The position numbers and the translations under genes were made by a program. This document shows positions 44,559 to 52,630 of a stretch of 64,000 nt of DNA, piece after piece. A model generated the notes under the pieces. It had not been told where the DNA came from, did no database searches, and saw nothing but the letters and a program-made list of their open reading frames with translations. The stretch spans positions 32,001-96,000 of the forward strand of contig CAYQYU010000001.1 in assembly GCA_964421955.1 (NCBI GenBank), given 5' to 3'. The stretch comes from an uncultured archaeon (GTDB lineage: Archaea; Nanohalarchaeota; Nanosalinia; Nanosalinales; Nanosalinaceae). Position 1 is the stretch's first letter, and every line of letters starts with the position of its first letter.

Positions 44559-44783
44559 CTATTCAGCCTCTGTAAAGTTCTCCAGAGATTCCTGCTTCAG
44601 GTAGTGTAATTTGGCTCTTCCTACGGCTCTCTGCTCGATTTTTTCCTCCGCCTTCAGAATCTCAAGGTACTTGGCTGCAGTGGCCCGGCTGATGTCCAGG
44701 TCGTCCGAGATATCACTGATCGTGGAACCGCGAGGATGGTTTGCAAGGTACTCCAGAATTCTTTCTCTTGTTCCGGTGTTCAA
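44559..44783 (-). CDS. Small winged-helix transcription regulator heading the adhesin operon
   Basis: RERILEYL…STISDISDDLDISRATAAKYLEILKAEEKIEQRAVGRAKLHY; TTG start with GGGGAGG SD. Confidence 0.88.
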   Translation of the reverse strand: MNTGTRERILEYLANHPRGSTISDISDDLDISRATAAKYLEILKAEEKIEQRAVGRAKLHYLKQESLENFTEAE

Positions 44784-44918
44784 TTCCCTCCCCCGTTGGT
44801 TATCATTAATGCTAACTCCTTATGATAGACAATAATGATTCCCCGTTTATAATTCCTTCGAAAAATTAGGGCCTAAAATACGGTTATCACGGGTTAGAGA
44901 CGTTTTCGCCCGTGAAAA

Positions 44919-45365
44919 CTATATGTAGACAACGGCGACTCCGGCGACCTCACCCAGCAGTGCTACAAGAACCAGCCACTGGTAAAGCTCCGCGTTATCT
45001 TCCAGCCGGTCCTGCGCATTATCCGAAAGCCGGAGGGATTTGCCCGCCTGCTGGAAGGCGGTCGCGGCCTGGGCAAAGCTCGCCGCCACACCAGTAGTCG
45101 TAGTTCCCTTCGCGGTACTTAACGCTTCAACACTGTCGTTAAAGCTGGGACTGCTTATGATAGCCTCCGCCCGGTCAAAGTTCATGTTGGTCTGCCGCAC
45201 ATCCTTTGCCGACGACTGGAACACCAGCGTGGCGTGGACTGACACGATTAGAAGTGCCGTTGAGGCTATCACCATTACCTTCCCGAGTTCTCGCTGGTCG
45301 ATCATGTACTCGTTGTGGAGTTCAGAAATCTTTGCCCGGATATTTCCCGTTTCGGGTAGCTTCAT
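44919..45365 (-). CDS. Hypothetical two-TM membrane protein
   Basis: 148 aa, TM - helical loop - TM. Confidence 0.7.
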   Translation of the reverse strand: MKLPETGNIRAKISELHNEYMIDQRELGKVMVIASTALLIVSVHATLVFQSSAKDVRQTNMNFDRAEAIISSPSFNDSVEALSTAKGTTTTGVAASFAQAATAFQQAGKSLRLSDNAQDRLEDNAELYQWLVLVALLGEVAGVAVVYI

Positions 45366-45397
45366 ATCCTATAATCTTCTGCGACCGTTTAAATTGG

Positions 45398-45772
45398 TTA
45401 ACAGGGCTCTAGTTCAATCCCGTATTCCCGATTCCATGTCCTGCAGTTCTGGCCGTAGACCCGTGTCTTCTCCGCCCATGAAGTTCCGATCGAACGATTA
45501 TTGAGGCCACAGATCCTCTCTCCCAGGTCAGCACATTTTGCGGATATGTTCGCTACAATACCACACTGCGACTTTTGAACGAAGCTCTCTCGGAAGGACT
45601 CGTAGCCCAGGCAGCTGTCACCTGCGGGAATACCGTGGCAGAGCTTGGTCTCGGTGTAACAGGTCGAGTCCGCGGTGAAAACAGGGACGCCGTGAACCAC
45701 CGCCAGGCCCGCGACGAGAATTAGAGCAGTAGCGGCGTAGAGGTGTTTTTTCCCAAAATCCGGCATCTCCAT
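45398..45772 (-). CDS. Small Cys-rich exported protein (paralog of 54586..55026)
   Basis: N-terminal TM/signal, 8 Cys, CHGIPAGDSCLG motif. Confidence 0.75.
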   Translation of the reverse strand: MEMPDFGKKHLYAATALILVAGLAVVHGVPVFTADSTCYTETKLCHGIPAGDSCLGYESFRESFVQKSQCGIVANISAKCADLGERICGLNNRSIGTSWAEKTRVYGQNCRTWNREYGIELEPC

Positions 45773-45826
45773 GTTGGTTTACTTACCTGCGTTATAAGTT
45801 TAAAACTACGCTTCTAGCAACAGGCT

Positions 45827-46231
45827 ATGAGTCTCGATGTCTGGATGGTATTCGAAGCTGTGGCGCCTGACAGGGCCTCACTCGAGGACGCTCTCGAAGA
45901 CCATGTAGAGATGCTTGAGAGCGAGAATGGTATAGAAATCTCAGAGAAGGAAACAGATGAAATCTCGGAGATGGAGAACCCTCACCCCGGGCTTGACAAG
46001 GGTTTTTCGAGCCTGACAGAGATAAGGGCTGAAGTAGAGGACTTTGCAAGACTGATGGAGTTAGTCATCAACTACGGACCTACCTACGTCCAGCTTGAGG
46101 GTCCGGACAGCTACGAACTTGGCCTCCGTGAGGGCCAGGAAGCTCTCCAGAACGTCGCGAACACGATGCACCAGTACGCTCAGAAGGGAGCAGGAGGAGT
46201 GCTTATTTCAAGAGCATCAGAAGAAAACTAA
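45827..46231 (+). CDS. Conserved archaeal hypothetical protein
   Basis: 134-aa acidic ORF, FSSLTEI…INYGPTYVQLEGP; TTTAAAA promoter upstream. Confidence 0.75.
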   Translation: MSLDVWMVFEAVAPDRASLEDALEDHVEMLESENGIEISEKETDEISEMENPHPGLDKGFSSLTEIRAEVEDFARLMELVINYGPTYVQLEGPDSYELGLREGQEALQNVANTMHQYAQKGAGGVLISRASEEN

Positions 46232-46265
46232 GCTATTTAACACTCAGCTAGACAGAAAAGACATA

Positions 46266-47153
46266 ATGAGGAAACTGCTCGCCGCCGCTCTTGTCGTGAT
46301 GTTTGTCTGCACGGCAGCGGCCACCACGGTTCAAAAAGAGAAGGTGAAGGTCGATCTCTCGACCTCAACTGTGAAGGTCGACATGGAGATCAAAGACCTC
46401 ACCTCGAACCAGTTCACTTACCTCACAAACTATCCTGCCCGGAACATACGCGCAAATATAGATGGTTCTCCTGTAGAATGTAGCATCGAGGACCGCACGA
46501 TCGGGTCTGAGATCACCTGTGAACCGCCGGAAACGGAAAGCTTTGATGTCAACATGACTTTCAACGGCGCCGGATTTACCGACTCCCTTCAGGATGTCAA
46601 GGTCTTCCGGTACAGGCAGTCCTTCTACCGGCCGACCCAGAACTACAGTATGAAAGTTATTCTGCCCAGGAGCTCGGGTATACTCAACGATCAGAACATG
46701 TCGATACCTGTGGTTTCTCCAGGAAACGCGGATATAGGAAGTGATGGTCGCAGAATCTTCGTCAGATGGAGGATGAATCCCGGTCTGGGTGACAGTACAG
46801 AATTCCAGGTCGCCTACGAGGAGTTCTCAAGCCCTGTCCGGCCACTCCAGTTCGTGGGTATAGCGTTGCTTGCGTTTGTGATGGCAGTTGGAGCTTACCT
46901 CGGGTACGTAAGACTGAACCAGGAGAGCATAGAGAACACGTATGAAGAGCTATCCGAAGATGGCATAGAGGTCGTCGAAATCCTGCGAGAAAACGGGGGA
47001 GAGATGCTGCAGAAAGACGTTGTCAATACACTCGATTACTCCAAATCGAAGATTTCCGGTATCGTGTCAGAACTCGAGGAGAAAGAGATAGTTGTGAAGG
47101 AGAAAGAGGGCAGAAGCAACAAACTTTCGATTTCCCGGTACTACAGGGGCTAA
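46266..47153 (+). CDS. Membrane-anchored protein with extracellular domain and cytoplasmic winged-HTH (COG2512-like)
   Basis: Start ATG 46266 with signal peptide; TM; ENGGEMLQKDVVNTLDYSKSKISGIVSELEEKEIVVKEKEGRSNKL. Confidence 0.85.
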   Translation: MRKLLAAALVVMFVCTAAATTVQKEKVKVDLSTSTVKVDMEIKDLTSNQFTYLTNYPARNIRANIDGSPVECSIEDRTIGSEITCEPPETESFDVNMTFNGAGFTDSLQDVKVFRYRQSFYRPTQNYSMKVILPRSSGILNDQNMSIPVVSPGNADIGSDGRRIFVRWRMNPGLGDSTEFQVAYEEFSSPVRPLQFVGIALLAFVMAVGAYLGYVRLNQESIENTYEELSEDGIEVVEILRENGGEMLQKDVVNTLDYSKSKISGIVSELEEKEIVVKEKEGRSNKLSISRYYRG

Positions 47154-47456
47154 CTACTTTGGCACCGTAATTGCAAATGTTCTATTCATGCCTCGATAAC
47201 TATGTACGCAGAAACACCTGGCCTCTGTTCTGTTCTGGACTTCCTCTGACAAATTGAGACTTGCACGGTCGGCGGAGAAGCATGAAATCGTACCGTTAAA
47301 GCTCTTTTCCTGCCTGACCTGGTCTTCTATGTTCTTACAGAAAAGGTCTTCCTCTTCGTCTTCCTGACCGTTAAACTCTGCGGTGTATGCCATTAAACCC
47401 ACGAAAAGCCCCGCGATAACTGTGGCGGCGATTATTTTCCAGTTTTCCATTTTCAT
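47154..47456 (-). CDS. Small membrane-anchored Cys-containing protein
   Basis: 100 aa, N-terminal TM, 4 Cys, overlaps stop of the upstream gene. Confidence 0.7.
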   Translation of the reverse strand: MKMENWKIIAATVIAGLFVGLMAYTAEFNGQEDEEEDLFCKNIEDQVRQEKSFNGTISCFSADRASLNLSEEVQNRTEARCFCVHSYRGMNRTFAITVPK

Positions 47457-48127
47457 TCACCGGAGGCGCTTACAGTAAGCCGGTCCTCTATGGATCTTCG
47501 GGAGTGAACGCCTTCCATCGTCCGGTTACCGTTTATGACTATAGTCGGCGTTTCAGTCACGTTGAACTGGTTTGACAGTATATCCACCATGCCGTCATCC
47601 ATCCGTGTCGGTATCGAGAATACCAGTAGATCGTTGCCGTATCTTCTTTTCAGGAGCGTTAGCTGGCGGCCCATGTTTTCACAACCGGAGCAGTCTTCTT
47701 TTTCAAGTGTGGTTGTGAAGAAAAGTATGGTATCGGGGCTATAGTTACATCTTTCCCTGACCTCCTCAGCGAATATCCAGTATCTTATGCCTGAGAGTAT
47801 GTACTGGCGCTTGATGTTCTGGAACTCCTGAGAGCTGAAGAAGCTGTCCTGCTGGTACTCCTGCACCAGATCCAGCCTCTGGTTGTATCCCGAGACGATA
47901 TCTGTGAGCGCGATCCTGAGAACGCCGCAGGACTGGGTGTCGTCGGACCGGAGATAGGAGAGCTGCAGCTGGTTGCTTTCAAGTTCTATGAGGTCTTGCT
48001 GTATACCGGCATCCAGGGACTCGGACCGGGTCTGGTCCATCAGGTTGCTGAACATAACTCCCATTAGAAAGACCATGACCGTGAGAACGAGTGCGGCGCC
48101 GTACCTGTATTTCTGGACTTTTCTCAT
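47453..48127 (-). CDS. Membrane-anchored thioredoxin-fold protein
   Basis: N-terminal TM, CSGC active-site-like motif, TETPTIVING cis-Pro strand. Confidence 0.8.
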   Translation of the reverse strand: MRKVQKYRYGAALVLTVMVFLMGVMFSNLMDQTRSESLDAGIQQDLIELESNQLQLSYLRSDDTQSCGVLRIALTDIVSGYNQRLDLVQEYQQDSFFSSQEFQNIKRQYILSGIRYWIFAEEVRERCNYSPDTILFFTTTLEKEDCSGCENMGRQLTLLKRRYGNDLLVFSIPTRMDDGMVDILSNQFNVTETPTIVINGNRTMEGVHSRRSIEDRLTVSASGE

Positions 48128-48133
48128 TTTTCA

Positions 48134-49522
48134 TTACCTGCTGTAGATCACGTAGTTACACGTATCTCCCCTGATTTCAAAAGACTTTCCGTACCTCTGG
48201 TTGAGCCGGTTCTCGAACTCTTCTATACTGCTTAGGCATTCCCTGTTACCTCTGCAGTCCCAGTAGCACTGGTTAATGGCCCAGTGATCTATCTCTCCTC
48301 TTTCCTCCTCGAAGATCTCGGAAAGCTCAGGCGGCGGTAACTCCTGGTATGAAAAATCGGCGTAAAGATTGGTTGCAGGATCATTAGTGGCTATCCTGCC
48401 CTCGAGAGTGGAGACCTCCCCGAGAAACTTTCGGCGGTCAGGATTCTCCCATGTCACCGCGTTGAAGGTCGTCATGAAGCTGTAAGACATGACCGCGATT
48501 ATGGCTGCAAGGAGCAGCCACTCGATCCGAATCTTTTCCAGATCGATCCGCTCCTTTAACTCCAAAAGCCCTCTCGCAGAGAACACGGCCATAACCGGGA
48601 GGAATGGCAGGATGTAACGCTCCAGTTTCAGGGGAAACACCCCGAAGAAAACGTAGAAAACTACAAGTCCGGAGAAGAACGCACCATAGTTCCAGTCCCT
48701 GTCACTGAAGACCGCGTAAAGTCCGACCGGGAGGAATATCTGGAGAGGATTCGACCTGACCGCCCCGACAAGGTAGTATGCGAAAGCAGTGTAGTCAGCG
48801 CCCGCAGCAGCTGTGTTGCCAGCGCTTACCAGGAACGGTTTCAGCATCGACCCCTCAAAGAACTGGAGGAAGAGCATGTACGGGACGACTATTAACGCTA
48901 CAGCCGTTGCAAACCTGGAAATACTGTTTATTGAACTCCTCAGGTCACCTCTCTTGATTCCCCTGGCAAGTATGAAAACAACCGCAGCTACCCCCACGAG
49001 CGCGGCAGGATACCTGAACAGGAAGGCCGAGGCCGCCAGAACCCCTGCCGGAAAGTATTTTTCCCGGGTGACCATGTAGAGAGACGCGAAGATCAGTATT
49101 GAGGAGGGTATTCCGGTCAGTATTTCAGGTGTGAAAAAGTAGTAGACATGTGATGCCGCTACTATTCCCGCGGTCGCGATCGCCTCCGTCCTGCCAAACA
49201 ACCGGTCCGTCAGAGTGTAAAATATTCCGATTCCGATCGCTGATACTCCCAGACCTACCAGTCTCGGGTAGCCCAGCATCGGCATTCCCAGTTTCCAGAA
49301 GAGTCCTATAATCATCGGTACTCCCGGACCTCTCAAAGCGGACCAGAATCCGTATTCGCCCATGGAGTAGATGTATTTGCCGGTGGCGATGTAGATACTT
49401 GAGTCCCAGAGCAGCGGTTTCTGCCATATTGCTGCGATCAGCACCAGCTGGCCGAGTATAAAAGCGGCTATTATAACGCTAAGCATCCAGTTCTGCTCCA
49501 GCCATTCTCTGAATTTTACCAT
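48134..49522 (-). CDS. GT-C fold membrane glycosyltransferase (ArnT/PMT_2-like)
   Basis: WDSSIY, RGPGVP, multiple TMs, FLFRYP, KLERYILPFLP. Confidence 0.85.
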   Translation of the reverse strand: MVKFREWLEQNWMLSVIIAAFILGQLVLIAAIWQKPLLWDSSIYIATGKYIYSMGEYGFWSALRGPGVPMIIGLFWKLGMPMLGYPRLVGLGVSAIGIGIFYTLTDRLFGRTEAIATAGIVAASHVYYFFTPEILTGIPSSILIFASLYMVTREKYFPAGVLAASAFLFRYPAALVGVAAVVFILARGIKRGDLRSSINSISRFATAVALIVVPYMLFLQFFEGSMLKPFLVSAGNTAAAGADYTAFAYYLVGAVRSNPLQIFLPVGLYAVFSDRDWNYGAFFSGLVVFYVFFGVFPLKLERYILPFLPVMAVFSARGLLELKERIDLEKIRIEWLLLAAIIAVMSYSFMTTFNAVTWENPDRRKFLGEVSTLEGRIATNDPATNLYADFSYQELPPPELSEIFEEERGEIDHWAINQCYWDCRGNRECLSSIEEFENRLNQRYGKSFEIRGDTCNYVIYSR

Positions 49523-50772
49523 CTTCCCTCTCTCCGCAGCAGGAAGTCAACCGTGACTTTGGCCCACATAAGTCCTATGAATAGGAAATACCAGAATACA
49601 TAAATTATGACAGGAATGTATCCATGTTCGAAGAGTTTTTCCTCAGTGTGGATCGCAGAAAGGTAGGAGACAAATATTGACAGGAAGAATAGCGATCCCA
49701 GCAGCATCCAGGTGACCACGTCAAAGCTGATAACTGACCAGTAGAATCCGGAGAAAATACCCTCCACCGTTATCTCATCCAGGTTCAATGTTATAGCGTC
49801 CAGACCCACTGCGAGAAAGTCCAAGACAAAGCTGTACAAGGGCTTGAGGAGAAGGTAGGAAAGTAGCGACAGTCCCGCAATTGAGAGAAATCCCTGCGCC
49901 AGCTTCGACGGTACCGCAAATATTCCGAAGTCACCGTACTCCGGGTTCATCATCATGTGCTTGTACTTGAGTATGTTTTCGAGCGAGCCCCGGTACCACC
50001 TGTACCTCTGGTTGTAGAGCTCCTTCAAAGTTGCCGGAGCCACTGTGTGAACTTCTCCCTTCCGGGAGTGTCCGACCTCCCAGTGCTGTTCCTGGAACCG
50101 GAAACATATCTCCTGGTCCTCCACAAGAGAATCCTCGTCAAAACCTCCCACATCTTCCAAGATTTCCCTCCTGTAGATGCTGAGCGGTCCAGGAGTGACA
50201 TGTATGGAGTCTATCAACCCCATGACGTTCCGGAGGAATATTCCAACCATGTATTCTACCCACTGTAGCCTCTGAAGCAGATTGCCTGGTTGATAAACTT
50301 TCATCGCGGAGGCTATTCCTGCCTTCTTGTCGTCCATGTCCGCCACTATATTCTTCACGGAGTGCTTGTCCAGCCGCGAATCGGCGTCGACACACGCCAC
50401 CAGGTCTCCCTCGGCCTCTGCAAGACCTGTATTTAGTGCGGCACCCTTGCCCTGGTTCTCTTGGTTGATCACAGTTATATCGTGCTCTTCACTGTATTCC
50501 TCGACTATCTCCCTTGTCTGGTCCTCGCTGCCGTCGTTGACCACAATAATGTCATACTTCTCTTCAGGGTACTCTATACCGTCCACGGACTCTATGGTCA
50601 TGCCGATGGTGTCTTCCTCGTTATAGGCCGGTATTATCAGGCTGACTGATGGCCATTTCTCGGGCCAGTCTGGGTCCTGCCTGAGCCGTCCTTCTTCAAG
50701 GAAAACCAGGAGCAGGAAGAACGAGATATACAGGATTACCGCGTAGATAACCCATATCAGCTGCCTGAGCAT
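49516..50772 (-). CDS. Processive GT2 glycosyltransferase (cellulose-synthase/PgaC-like)
   Basis: IIPAYNEE, VNDGSED, VDADS, VED, QRYRW (D,D,D,QxxRW) plus TM helices. Confidence 0.92.
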   Translation of the reverse strand: MLRQLIWVIYAVILYISFFLLLVFLEEGRLRQDPDWPEKWPSVSLIIPAYNEEDTIGMTIESVDGIEYPEEKYDIIVVNDGSEDQTREIVEEYSEEHDITVINQENQGKGAALNTGLAEAEGDLVACVDADSRLDKHSVKNIVADMDDKKAGIASAMKVYQPGNLLQRLQWVEYMVGIFLRNVMGLIDSIHVTPGPLSIYRREILEDVGGFDEDSLVEDQEICFRFQEQHWEVGHSRKGEVHTVAPATLKELYNQRYRWYRGSLENILKYKHMMMNPEYGDFGIFAVPSKLAQGFLSIAGLSLLSYLLLKPLYSFVLDFLAVGLDAITLNLDEITVEGIFSGFYWSVISFDVVTWMLLGSLFFLSIFVSYLSAIHTEEKLFEHGYIPVIIYVFWYFLFIGLMWAKVTVDFLLRREGRW

Positions 50773-50811
50773 GAATTGAGTGAATCTCTAAGAAGTTAAA
50801 TAAACTTGGAA

Positions 50812-51960
50812 TCAGTTCTTCATGATCTCCCGGAGGAAAACAGTCGCGTAACAGCCCTTTGGAAGGTCGAACTTGACCTTCATCTTGTTCTTGGTCATGT
50901 TGAGATCGTCCTCGTCAATATCGACAACCTCAAAGTTCCTGAAGTCCGCGAATGCACGCCTGTAGCTGCCTTCACTCCTCAGCTCTGGGAAGTCCTGTAA
51001 TCTGAAGTCTTCCTGGTCGACCCCCTCTTCCTCCAGGATTTCTTCCAGGATGTTCTCGGGCTTATTGTCCTTCAACTCCGTCTTGTACCCAACCAGAGGG
51101 ATCTCATAGTCCTCATCGTACCAGTCTTCCTCGAGCAGCCTTGAGAGCACCCGGTTGTAGACCCAGGACTGGTACGCGTGGATAAACAGTTGCTGGAGTC
51201 CTTCCGGCAGCCGCTTGATCGCGCCCTTGTAGTCCTCCTCGTTCTTCGTGAGGTGGTAGAGAAGAGCTTTCTCGTATCGATAATGTTTCGGGAACTTCTC
51301 GGCCATGTCCTCTACCTGTCGCGTCTCCCAGAGTTCCTCCCGGACTTTCCGGATCGATTTATATTCCTCGTCGTAAGGCTTTGCGATGTATGTCCAGACC
51401 GCCTCCTCAAACTCTCCCCTGAGAATGTGTCTACCGACCTGATGTGTGATCGGCCTTGTTGAGCCGAATCTCTGGTCCCCGAAATAGTTGGGGAACTTGC
51501 CGTCAAGCTCGTCCACAACCTTCAGGGCCCGGTTCCTTATATCCTCTATAGGCATGTTCAGATCGCGGACTGTAATCTCGAACCTGTTTGCATCAAGATT
51601 CCCGAGACCTATGTAACCATTTTTGCCGACAACCTCAAGGTCAAACTCATCTGTAAATATCTGGTTGACATCTTCCTCCGTGACGCCCTCGATAGAAATA
51701 TACTGCTCTGTAACCGCTCTTTTGTCTTTGTTTCCAGCGTATCCAACGCGCTTCTTCGAGATGTGGAGTATATTCGATAGAGTGTCGATTGCCTCCATCG
51801 TGGTCATGTTCTGCTTTCTCAGCTTCACTATCAGGTGGTCTCCTTCGCCCGTATCGTGGGATGCAAGTTCCTTGACTATGAAGTCGTTAACCTGCTCCTT
51901 TGTCTGTCCCTTTATGCCAGGGAGATCAGAATAGTAGGACCACTCAGGTAGTTCTTCCAT
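50812..51960 (-). CDS. truD: tRNA pseudouridine(13) synthase
   Basis: DFIVKE, YAGNKDKRAVTEQ, PNYFGDQRFG, FIHAYQS, FDLPKGCYAT. Confidence 0.95.
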   Translation of the reverse strand: MEELPEWSYYSDLPGIKGQTKEQVNDFIVKELASHDTGEGDHLIVKLRKQNMTTMEAIDTLSNILHISKKRVGYAGNKDKRAVTEQYISIEGVTEEDVNQIFTDEFDLEVVGKNGYIGLGNLDANRFEITVRDLNMPIEDIRNRALKVVDELDGKFPNYFGDQRFGSTRPITHQVGRHILRGEFEEAVWTYIAKPYDEEYKSIRKVREELWETRQVEDMAEKFPKHYRYEKALLYHLTKNEEDYKGAIKRLPEGLQQLFIHAYQSWVYNRVLSRLLEEDWYDEDYEIPLVGYKTELKDNKPENILEEILEEEGVDQEDFRLQDFPELRSEGSYRRAFADFRNFEVVDIDEDDLNMTKNKMKVKFDLPKGCYATVFLREIMKN

Positions 51961-51990
51961 TTTTCTAAAACACCTCTTTTCTAATCTCCT

Positions 51991-52338
51991 TCATTCTATC
52001 AATTTTAGCTCTCCTGTTATTGAATCGATTTTTGACTCTTCACCAGGCCCTATCCCGAGGGCGGTTTTTGTCCCCGGCTCAAGCTCGGTCATACCCGCAT
52101 CGGTGACCAGTGCCGATGGAAGGCCTATGTCTTTGGACCTGTGGTGCAGCGTCTCCAGTTTCTCTCCTCCCAATCCCAGGGCAACTTTCTTCGCACCGGT
52201 CTCCTCCCAGTTCCGCTTTTTCTCACCTGAGGCCTTCTTGTAGGCCTTAAGGGAGGCGTGGCAGGCCTGGGCAATCATCTTACCGGTTGACATCCCCAGA
52301 TCCTCTCTCAATACAATAACCTGCTTATAACTGGTCAT
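51991..52338 (-). CDS. pth2: Peptidyl-tRNA hydrolase 2
   Basis: KQVIVLREDLGMSTGKMIAQACHA, DAGMTELEPGTKTALGIGP. Confidence 0.96.
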   Translation of the reverse strand: MTSYKQVIVLREDLGMSTGKMIAQACHASLKAYKKASGEKKRNWEETGAKKVALGLGGEKLETLHHRSKDIGLPSALVTDAGMTELEPGTKTALGIGPGEESKIDSITGELKLIE

Positions 52339-52445
52339 AAACTGATTGTTCCTCGTCCAGCTTTAAGGTTGTTATCAACAACAGATTACCTCTGGAGTTT
52401 TAAGTACCTGTCGGTAACAACGAATGCTGGTCGAGCGTAACCAGT

Positions 52446-52591
52446 TGGGTCCGCCCAGATTCGAACTGGGGATCTTCGCCTCGCCTGCCAGGATCAGGCG
52501 GCACTCCGGACGGGTTCAAGGGAACCCGACATCAGATACCAACAAAATCCTGCTGTAAGGGCGACGTCATAACCAGCTAGACCACGGACCC
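52446..52591 (-). tRNA. tRNA-Val(TAC) with 72-nt intron (about 52482..52553, position 37/38)
   Basis: Acceptor GGGTCCG/CGGACCC+A, D arm GTCTAGCTGGTTATGAC, anticodon stem TCGCC/GGCGA with CT-TAC-A, T arm CCCAG-TTCGAAT-CTGGG; CCA not encoded. Confidence 0.93.
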
Positions 52592-52630
52592 GCAAATAGG
52601 TTAGCGACGGTAATTTTCTTTAAACCTTCT

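Noticed and set aside
20170-44609. Many plus-strand ORFs of 60-300 aa opposite the giant genes (and similar antisense ORFs elsewhere)
   Set aside because: Shadow frames of acidic, GC-biased coding sequence; Ser/Val/Pro-rich with no recognisable motifs
46095-46265. N-terminal extension of the 352-aa ORF
   Set aside because: Overlaps the upstream gene; a signal peptide and TATA box point to ATG 46266
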